32,000 nt of DNA from Candidatus Saccharimonadota bacterium (GTDB taxonomy: Bacteria > Patescibacteriota > Gracilibacteria > BD1-5 > UBA6164). Below are positions 19,883 through 28,791 of this stretch, piece by piece. The stretch's first letter is position 1. The number at the start of each line of letters is the position of its first letter. Under the pieces are notes generated by a model. It was not told the DNA's origin. It worked only from the letters and a program-made list of their open reading frames with translations, and searched no databases. The stretch covers positions 1,080,001 through 1,112,000 of the forward strand of contig OZ245768.1 in NCBI GenBank assembly GCA_965227835.1, given 5' to 3'. Position numbers and translations under genes: made by a program.

Positions 19883-20122
19883 ATGTTTAAAACTATAAAA
19901 GATATAGACAGTAAGTTCAGCAAAAAAATAAGCAATTTTAGATTTACTCCTCTTAAATTAATTATAATTCTAGGATCAACATCTGTATTTTTTACTTGTT
20001 GTTATCTACTTAGAGGATTTTTAGTTGAGAATCCTGCTATATTTCTTGTTGTAGTAATTTTGTTCTATGCTATCACTTCATTTTTTAGAGATCTTTTAAA
20101 AGATGATTTAAAAATAGGTTAA
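19883..20122 (+). CDS. Small two-TM membrane protein (79 aa)
   Basis: It is a standard-code ORF in the track and contains no TGA. GAGGT lies 6 nt upstream of the ATG. The TM segments are LIIILGSTSVFFTCCYLL and AIFLVVVILFYAITSFF. It is followed by a strong terminator. Confidence 0.5.
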   Translation: MFKTIKDIDSKFSKKISNFRFTPLKLIIILGSTSVFFTCCYLLRGFLVENPAIFLVVVILFYAITSFFRDLLKDDLKIG

Positions 20123-20186
20123 TTTTCAGGATATTTTCTAAATACAAAATGGTCTTGTAAACTATAAAGTAAGAGAGTCTATTTTA

Positions 20187-20218
20187 AAGCCCCAGATTTT
20201 TAAAAAATCTGGGGCTTT
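20187..20218. terminator. Strong (potentially bidirectional) intrinsic terminator
   Basis: AAAGCCCCAGATTTT-taa-AAAATCTGGGGCTTT is a perfect 15-bp stem with a GC core, flanked by A and T runs. Confidence 0.7.
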
Positions 20219-20524
20219 AATTTTTAAATAGAAACTGAAAAATTGCTTCATAATGACAAAAATAAATATTTTTTAATTATAAAAATTGGATAGGATAAAT
20301 CTCAAAACTACCCACTTTTTATAAAAAGTATACCTATATTTTACTTTAAATAAAGGGAAATTAAGCTATTTTTAGTGTTTTATCTTTAGTATTTTATAAA
20401 TGACTTATTTAAGCTAACTTTATCTTTATAAAATTCAATCAATATAAAATCTCTGTTTTTACTTATATAAAGGTAAAAAATAAAATATAAAATACAAAAA
20501 ACTGGGTAGATTTAAGTAAATTGC

Positions 20525-20552
20525 TTGACAAAATTAATTTAATCCATAAAAT
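20525..20552 (+). promoter_or_regulatory. Near-consensus sigma-70-type promoter for the repeat-protein gene
   Basis: TTGACA (20525-20530), a 16-nt spacer, then TAAAAT (20547-20552), about 33 nt upstream of ATG 20585. Confidence 0.45.
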
Positions 20553-20584
20553 ACACAAAATTAATTTACTAACTTTTTAAAATT

Positions 20585-22480
20585 ATGTCTAAAGATATAA
20601 ATAAAATAAATAATTGATGAGATGCTCCCAAAGAAGACAAAGTATTGTTTGAGTTAATTAAAACTAAACAAACTATTTGAAATATACTAGAAGGAGATAA
20701 TGGAAGCTTATTGTCATTAGAGAATTTGAAAATAAATAAAGAAACTTGAGAAATTATAGGTTGAATTGCAAAAAGCTTGCAACAGGAAAAATTTCCATTT
20801 TGGAAACAAGAAGATAAATATGTACTAATAAAAGCAAAGTGAAAATATAACTATATTGATATTAAAAGTATTGATAGGGATAAAAAAACATGAGAAATAC
20901 TAATTTTTTCTATAAAAAATAACACCCCTATTGAAAGAAATTATTTTTATAAAGAAGCAGGTAAATATAAGAAGCTTAAAATAGAATGAATTGATAGCAT
21001 AGAAAAAGCATGTAGTATAAAATTAAATGAACAAACAGGAGAAATAGTAGGATGACGCTTTGAAGAATCTATTAATAGCTCTTGAGTTTTCATCAAAAAA
21101 GATAATAAATTTGTTAAATTAGAAATAGAATGAGTTGGTAATATTAGGAATATACATAGTTTAAAAATAGATGAAGAAACTTGAGAAATAATAGATTGAG
21201 TAGTAATATGTAAAAACCTCAAAACATTAGCATTTCAAAAACAATGAAATAAGTTTATTAAATTAGAGATAGAATGAATTAACCATACCATGGATATAGA
21301 AAGTTTAAAAATAGATGAAAAAACATGAGAAATATTAAGATGAATAGCCCTAATAAATGGATTTGACACTTGAAACTTTATGCCTTTTTACAGAAAAAAT
21401 GGTAAACTGACCAAATTAGAAATAGAAGGAATTGATGAAATTTTAGGTATGCATGATTTAAAAGTAGATGATGAAACCTGAGAGGTACTAGCTTGAATTG
21501 CAGTAGATAGAAATCAAGGACAAACTGCATTTGAAAAACAATGAAATAAATATGTAAAAATAAAAATAGAAGTAGAATGAGTTGGTGAGATAAAATGTAA
21601 GTATGATCTAGCTACAAATGACGAAAATTGAGAGTTATTAGCTTGAACTGGTCTAGATAAAAAATGATACCAAATACTATTTTATAAAAAATGAGATAAA
21701 TATGAAAAATTAAAAATAGAATGAATTAATAATGTAGAAGGAATAGAAACTATAGAAATGGACGAAGCAAAAAGAGAATTAATAAGTTGAGTATTAATAA
21801 TAGAAAATTGCAATCTTGTAGCTTTTTTAAAAGATAATGATAAATATATTAAGTTAGAGATAGAATGAATTAATGAAATTAAAAATATATATAATATAAC
21901 TTCAAATAAAGAAACAGGAGAGATATTTAGCTGAATAGCTGAATATGGAGAACTTAAAACTATACCTTTTTTCAAAAAAGATAATAAATTTATTAGGTTA
22001 GAAGTAGAAGGAATTGATGAAATACAGGATACAAATAACTTAAAAATAGATGATGAAACTTGAGAGGTTTTAACCTGAATTGCAATATATAAAGACTATT
22101 ATGAAATACCATTTTTTAAAGAATGAAGTAAATATGTTAAATTGAAGATAAAATGAGTTGATGAAATAATAGATACACCTATCAATACATTAAAAATAAA
22201 CAATAAAACTTGAGAAATATTATTTTGATTTGCGGTGTGTGAAAACTGATATGAAATACCATTTTATAAAAACTGAAATGAATATGTTAAATTGGAAGTA
22301 AAATGAGTTGACGAAATAGTAAATACGAAAAATTTAGAAATAGACTATGAAGCTTGAGAGTTATTAACTTGAGTATTAACAGATGGAATTTGAAACGAAA
22401 TATGATTTTATAAAAGATGAGGTGAATATGTAGTTAAAAAAGACAAAGAATACGATTTTGTAGAAGAGGATGTTTGGTAG
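20585..22480 (+). CDS. Tandem-repeat protein, about 12 repeats of about 48 aa (631 aa), function unknown
   Basis: ATG at 20585 to TAG at 22478-22480, in frame (1896 nt), open only with TGA as a sense codon. The repeat consensus is about K[YF]VKLEIEG[IV]DEIxxxxxLKIDxETGE[IV]LxGIAxxxxxxxxxF[FY]KKxN. There is no signal peptide. Confidence 0.75.
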
Positions 22481-22564
22481 AGTCTAAAAGAGTTGCACAA
22501 ATTAGGATTTTTGTTATTAAAAGCAATTATTCAAAATTTCCTTAAATTTTATAAGTATCTTTTT

Positions 22565-22596
22565 AAAATAGAAGCAAGAAATTACTTCTATTTTTT
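22565..22596 (+). terminator. Intrinsic terminator candidate after the repeat-protein gene
   Basis: AAAATAGAAG-(10-nt loop)-CTTCTATTTT runs into a T tract, 85 nt after the stop. Confidence 0.45.
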
Positions 22597-22668
22597 ATAG
22601 TAAACTAACTTGCAAGTTAGACTATTTTAAAAGGCAATTTTAATTGAAAGGGCAATTTTTACTTTTTG

Positions 22669-22693
22669 TCAACAGAGGGCTTTAGCCCTTTGC
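22669..22693 (+). repeat. 25-nt hairpin motif, copy iv (TCAACAGAGGGCTTTAGCCCTTTGC)
   Basis: It is identical to copy i at 13988-14012 and lies downstream of the separate terminator candidate. Confidence 0.65.
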
Positions 22694-22893
22694 TATTGTA
22701 AGAAGTTTCTATTTTTGAAAAGAGACTATCTAGTTTATTATATATATTTGAATTTATAAAGAAATTTAAGCTAAATCTAAACTGTCAAGCTAATTAAAAC
22801 AATTAAATTTGATATTTTAAATATTTTTTATATGATACGTCAAATTTCAAACTAAAATTGAATTTATTATTATAAAATATAAGTTAATTTTTT

Positions 22894-23265
22894 ATGACAA
22901 ACTCCGAATTAATAAAAAAAATACAAGAATCTTTCTTGCAAAAAGACAGAGAAGAAATAAGAACATGAATGGAAGTGGAAGTACATCAAATAATAAAAGA
23001 ATGAAATAAAGAGAGAATACAAAAGTTTAAAGGCCTTGTTATAAAGGTTGCTGGAAAATCTCCACTAGAAAAAACCTTAACTATTAGAAGAAAAATAGGT
23101 GCTTTTGGTGTAGAGAAAATATTTACCCTTCACTCACCAAATATAAAACAAATAGATATTATAAGACAATTTAAAGTTAGAAGAAAATCTATAAAATTTA
23201 TCAGAAATCTTACTGGTAAGGCAGCAAGACTTAAAGAAGTTAAAAAAAATACCAAAAAGAAATAA
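22894..23265 (+). CDS. rplS: 50S ribosomal protein L19
   Basis: IRTGMEVEVHQIIKEGNKERIQKFKGLVIKVAG....TLTIRRKIGAFGVEKIFTLHSPNIKQIDIIR is the canonical L19 sequence. Confidence 0.9.
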
Positions 23266-23280
23266 AATTAATTTAAAAAT

Positions 23281-24738
23281 ATGGAATTTAAAGATTTGTC
23301 TTTGATAGAAATAATAGAAAAAATAAAATCTGGAAAAACGACAAGCCAAGAAGTATTTGAATATTTTATAGCTAGAATAGAAAAATATGACTCAAAAGTA
23401 AAATCTTTTAATTTTGTAAACAAAGACTGACTAAATAAAAACTCAAAGTGAAGTATACTTGAAGGTGTACCTATTGCTATGAAAGACATATTTTGCGAAA
23501 AAAATATACCAACCACATGAGCTTCTCAAATACTAAAAGACTTCAAACCTCCTTATAATGCCACTGTAGTTGAAAGATTACTTGAGTCTTGAATGAGTTC
23601 TATATGAAAAGTAAATATGGATGAATTTGCTATGTGATCAAGCAGTGAAAATTCATCTTTTAAAAATACCCTAAATCCTTGGTGAGAAAACAGAATCCCT
23701 GGTTGATCAAGTTCCTGATCCGCATCTTGTGTATCAGCCTGATTAGCTCCAGCTTCTTTTTGAACAGATACATGATGAAGTATTAGACAACCAGCAAGTA
23801 TGTGTGGAGTAGTATGATTTAAACCTAGCTATTGAAGAAATTCTAGATATGGAATATCAGCTATGGCCTCAAGTTTGGATTGTCCAGGAACTATAACAAA
23901 AACAGTTAGAGATGCTGCTTTTTTATATGAAATAACAAACGGTGAAGATAAAAAGGAAAATACAAGTATAGAATGAAAAGATAGAATAAATCCTAAGATA
24001 TGGTCTAGAAAAGATTTTAAATGAATGAAAGTTTGAATACCAAAGCAATTCTTCGAAGAATGACTAGATAAAGGAGTAAGAGAAACTATAGAAAAAGCTA
24101 TAAAAGATATTGAAGAGTTATGAGCAGAAATTGTTGATATTGAACTACCTATGACCAAATATGCTATAGCTACATATTACATAATTATGTTTGCTGAGAT
24201 GTCTACAAATTTAGCTAGACTTGATTGAATAAGATACTGAAAAAAATCAGAAAAAAACTATTCCAGTTTAGAAGAACTTTTTATAAATAACAGAAGTGAA
24301 GGACTTTGAAAAGAAACTAAAAGAAGAACAATACTGGGTTCTTATGTACTGTCTGCTTGATATTATGAAGCATATTATAAAAAAGCAGCAAAAATAAGAA
24401 CCCTTATAATAAAAGATTTCAAAAAAGCTTTTGAGTCTTGCGATGTAATTGTATGACCAGTATCTCCCAGTGTATCATGGAAAGTATGAGAAAAACAAAA
24501 CGATCCTCTAAAAATGTATTTATCAGACTCTTATACTATCCCTGCATCCCTAGCTTGACTACCTGCAATGTCTGTCCCAGCATGATTTGCATTATCTAGC
24601 GATGAACAAAAAGAAAAACTCCCTGTATGATTACAAATAATTGCCCCTCAATTCCAAGAACAAAAACTTTTTGAATTTGCAGGAATTTATGAAAAAATAA
24701 ATAATCATTGAAAGCTATGTCCCCCAGGTTTTGAGTAA
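23281..24738 (+). CDS. gatA: Glutamyl-tRNA(Gln) amidotransferase subunit A
   Basis: The amidase signature reads [10 protein letters not shown]...[75 protein letters not shown]. The Gly-rich signature is largely TGA-encoded (for example 23704-23706 and 23716-23718). Confidence 0.9.
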
Positions 24739-24761
24739 AAAAACAATCTAATTATTTGGAA

Positions 24762-24803
24762 AAATAACTATTTATATGTTAAAATTATAATAGTTATTTT
24801 TTT
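24762..24803 (+). terminator. AT-rich hairpin / terminator candidate after gatA
   Basis: AAATAACTATT (24762-24772) pairs with AATAGTTATTT (24789-24799) as a perfect 11-bp stem, followed by a T run. Confidence 0.4.
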
Positions 24804-24814
24804 ATAAAGATTTT

Positions 24815-25960
24815 ATGGTAAATTTATTCAAATGAGGACCACAGGTATCTGAAAATTTCTCAGATTCTCTAGAAACAAAAGATCCTCTAACTAATTTAGA
24901 AGGAGAACAGATCACACCAGATGGTTGATGAATGTATGGAAAATTTGAAAGACCTAAAACTCCAACTGATCCTTTAGAAGATGTTGATGAAAGTGGTTGA
25001 ATATTAGATGTTTTGGATGAAGAAGAACCAAATAATGGGAATAGTGGAAATGAAATAGCAGATCCTTTTGGAAGTATTGATGATAGTAGTTTATCATCTA
25101 ATAATTTAAATGGAGCTGAAAATTTAGACAATTCAAACAACAAAAACGAAATAACTGATCCTTTTGGAGATATTGAAAACAATGATTGAGCATTAAATCA
25201 ATCAGATTGAACTGAAGTTTTAAATAATTCAAATGGTATAACACAAACAACAGAAGATTTATTGGCTTCCACTAATTTAGACGGACTTAGTGAAGAAAAA
25301 TTATTAGAAAGACAAGAAAATCTAAAAAACAAATCAAAAAATCTAGATACACTAATAAGAGATATTGAGACTATAAAAAATCTAGATTCTTTGTATAGTT
25401 TGGATATAGATTTAGCTACAGAGGAAAAAAGTTTTAACTCTGAGGTTTTAAATAAAATTTGATGAAATTATCTAAAAACACCTCTAGAAAATTGAGAGTT
25501 TGATTTAGAAGCTGATTTTAGTATGGCTATACTTGAAACAAAAGCTGAAATAATAGATGAATGTGCTAATATAAAAATGGATAGCGAGACTTACAAAGTT
25601 GCTATTAGAAATATAGAATCTGGAGATATAAAAAGACAGCTAGAATGAATAGAAAGTCTTTATTATTTAGCTTATTCAAATGAGTGAAAATTATGAAAAG
25701 CTAGTTTAGACAAATTTAAAAATAAGAAAAAACAAAGGTTAATAGATGAAGGAAGAAAGATAGATGAGAAATTACAATTAGCAATAAATCAAAAAAACGA
25801 AAAAGAATTACTAAATAAAAGAAAGCAGGAAATTATAATGGAATTATCTGAAATGACTTGAATAAAAGATTGAGAAAAAGTAGAATGATGAGATGTGTTT
25901 ACAGCAAGTATGAATGAGCAAAATGAAAGAGGAAGTTTAGAAAAAGAAGGGCAGGCTTAG
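24815..25960 (+). CDS. Acidic protein with a disordered N-terminal half and a coiled-coil C-terminal half (381 aa), unknown function
   Basis: ATG at 24815 to TAG at 25958-25960, in frame with the track fragment 25262-25462. An internal duplicated motif, NEI[AT]DPFG[SD]I, lies within 25049-25180. The C-terminal half is Lys/Glu-rich. There is no signal peptide. Confidence 0.6.
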
Positions 25961-25988
25961 AACTGAAACTATAACATCGTTTTTTCTT

Positions 25989-26013
25989 TCAACAGAGAGC
26001 TTTAGCTCTTTGT
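25989..26013 (+). repeat. 25-nt hairpin motif, copy v (TCAACAGAGAGCTTTAGCTCTTTGT)
   Basis: It is the same motif as 13988 and 22669 but with a compensatory double change in the stem (G-C to A-T). Confidence 0.6.
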
Positions 26014-26054
26014 AGACAAGAATTAGGAAATATTCAAACCACTAACTTATTAAA

Positions 26055-26093
26055 ACAAAAAAATAAATGAAACTTTGTTTCATTTATTTTTTT
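26055..26093. terminator. Bidirectional intrinsic terminator between convergent genes
   Basis: AAATAAATGAAAC (26061-26073), loop ttt, then GTTTCATTTATTT (26077-26089) form a perfect 13-bp stem. An A tract lies upstream and a T tract downstream. Confidence 0.6.
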
Positions 26094-26105
26094 ATATATC
26101 AAATT

Positions 26106-28757
26106 TTACCCTTCAACATAACTAAAATTCACTTCATCTATTCAAAAAACATTTGAAAGAGAATAATAAGTTTCACTATCTATAAACCAATCTGCTTTTA
26201 TATTTTCGTTACTAGATTTTAAATTCAAAACTCCACCTGATTGATCCAAACTAAACTCAATAGATTCTGAAATTTCTTCGGGAAAATATAGCTTAATTAT
26301 TTCTATTTTATCACTTGCTGATATAGAAGATGTATCTTGCCTTACTTTTTCCATATCTAATTCTCATTCCACCATATATTCATCATAACTTAAATCTTCA
26401 CTACCCATTGCATAAGAAAATCCTGAAATTCAAATCAAAGCAATAATTGCTGCAATTCTTTTCTTTCAAGAAAACTTACTAGTCTTAGAGATAGCATCTC
26501 TTAAAGCTTCTCTTGGACTTGGCATTACTCTAGCAGTTTTGTAAAGTTTATGTCAAATTTCAGCTGTTCCTCTTCATATATCATAAATATCCATAATTGG
26601 TTTACCCAAGTATTTAATCTTGGATTTAAGTCATTTTTCTTTAATTAAGAAATATCAATCCAAAGCAAGAAATCATCATCATAAGACAAGCTGTTCTAAA
26701 TTATCAACTTTTACACCATCATTCCAATCAATTCATGAATTTCAAACAAGTGCTATAGGTCATACAATAGGTATAAGATATGGAACTTGGTTCAATAATT
26801 CTTCTAAAAATGGTTTTTCAGAATGAGCAGAAAATCACACAATGGATATAATGGGAAGTTTATTAAAAAATCATTTAATTAGCTCTGGTGATGATTGAGC
26901 TAATACATTCATTTTTTTAAAAAAATTTTGTGCTCAAGCTTTATCTTGAAATTCAAAAACTAGTTTATCAGATAAATGTGCAACTTTTGAAACAGAAAGT
27001 GTTTCTCTAAATTTAGAAAAAACTCAAAATCATCTATCCAATACATTTTGCTGATGTTTTACAGCATTTTCTATAGCTCTATTTAGCTCTTGCATAGCAG
27101 AACTTTTTCAAAATCAAAATCCTACTTCTTTAATAAGATGATTTTTATTTGCTTGAAATTTTATTTCAAAATCTTCTGTAAAACCTGATCATACTCTTTG
27201 AGAAGCTAGTTTAGATATATCATCAAGATCACCATAACTATTTATATTAAAATTATTTCACATATAATTATTTATAAAAGAAGCATTTTTTCAGCTCATT
27301 TGTCTTTTAAATCAATCTATATCTCATGAACTTTCAATAATATGCATCATTCTATAGTTATCTTTGAGTTTACCAATTACAGCTTCAACTTTTGTAATAT
27401 AAATATTATCTGCTACTCAAGTAATTGCTTGTTCAAGCCTTGCTATATTTCTAAACTGTTGTTCCGGTCATTTTAAAATACCATCCTTAAATAGTTTTAA
27501 TCAATCTACTCATGTATTTGATGGTAAAACAACATCAAGTCAGACTCTGGCAATACCCGCTGATAAAGAACCAACAGCACTGAAAAATATTCATCATTTT
27601 CTATATAATAATCATATAAGAGCTGCTCTTTTATCTTCATCCATATTGTTAAGTTTTTCTATTAGTGAGTCAGTATCTATATTTCAAGATAATCATACTC
27701 AAGGTATGGCTATATTTATAATATCATTAGAACTTCAAACGAAATCCCAAGCCATATCAAAAACACTTATAATTCAACTTCACACTAAATCCAAACCAAA
27801 ACCTACAGAACTTCATAAAAGAGGGTAAATTTCTTTTATTTTTAGATTTTTGTCCTCAAGTATTTCATCCAGTTTACTGCTGGTTAAATCATCTGATAAA
27901 AAATGTTTTTGTATTAGTAACTTCAAAGAAGCTTGTTGGTCTTCATCCAAAGATGTATCAAAATTTCCTTCTATTAAAGATTTTATATCATCAAAATATT
28001 TCTGTCCTAAGTTTTCAAAAACTTGATTAAAATCTAGACTGGCAAAATCCTCTTTTAATTCTCATATAGTTATTCATTCTCAACTTTTAATTTTATTATG
28101 GTAATGTGTAATTTTTGCCTGTGTAAAAATAGTTTCATTATCAAGGATAATATCTACTTGATCTTCATCAAGGTTAGGAAAATATCCTAAAATACTAGAT
28201 CTTATACTATCTTTGACAGATTTTACTTCATCGTGATCTATTAATTCTTGTAATTTTTCTTGGGAATTTATCCCATTAATCATCTCATATCAAGTTTTTA
28301 AGCCTAAAAATCCCAAAATAGCCATTCAAATGGGTTTTTTAAACATTGAGTAAAAAGTGTTTCAAAGAGATGATTCACCTCCTTTAGTATTCATAAAATC
28401 TAAAGCAAAATCAAAGATATATCAACCAAATCAAAAAAACTTCTTACTTGCTACTTGTCTTAATTCCTTTATTTGTTCAGGATTATTTCCTTCTAATATA
28501 TCTGAAATATTTGTCTCTCTGTTTGAATTTCAAGACACAAGAGGTTTTTCAACTAAAGATTTAAGGTACAGGTAATGATCTTCTATATTTGATTGTAAAT
28601 TTTCTAGCCTTGAATTTATCTCCATTTCAAGTTCTTCTTTATTTGAAATTTCTTCTAATCTTTGTCTTATTTCTTCCCAGTTATATCATTCCTGTTCAAA
28701 TCTTTGCTGAATTTCTACTTGTTTTCACCCAAAGATGTCTAAATTTCTTGAACTCAT
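26106..28757 (-). CDS. Large membrane protein, unknown family (883 aa)
   Basis: I enumerated every in-frame triplet from 26106 to 28781. The only stops are TAA at 26106-26108 and the upstream TAA at 28779-28781. The first ATG is at 28755-28757. The gene absorbs track fragments 26142-26354 and 28080-28283. It has an N-terminal coiled coil (EIQQRFEQEGYNWEEIRQRLEEISNKEELEMEINSRLENLQ) and then at least 7 Gly-rich hydrophobic segments (for example LLGSSVGFGLDLVGSGIISVF, GGIFFSAVGSLSAGIARVGL, LVLGGGFLALDGYFLI, RIAAIIALIGISGFSYAMG). Confidence 0.7.
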
Positions 28758-28791
28758 TTTTTTTAATTTAATATTTATTTAAAATAATTCT

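Noticed and set aside
22605-22620. A perfect 16-bp palindrome, CTAACTTGCAAGTTAG, as a possible operator.
   Set aside because: It is a single occurrence in AT-rich intergenic DNA. A perfect 8+8 palindrome is roughly expected by chance once per window of this size and composition.
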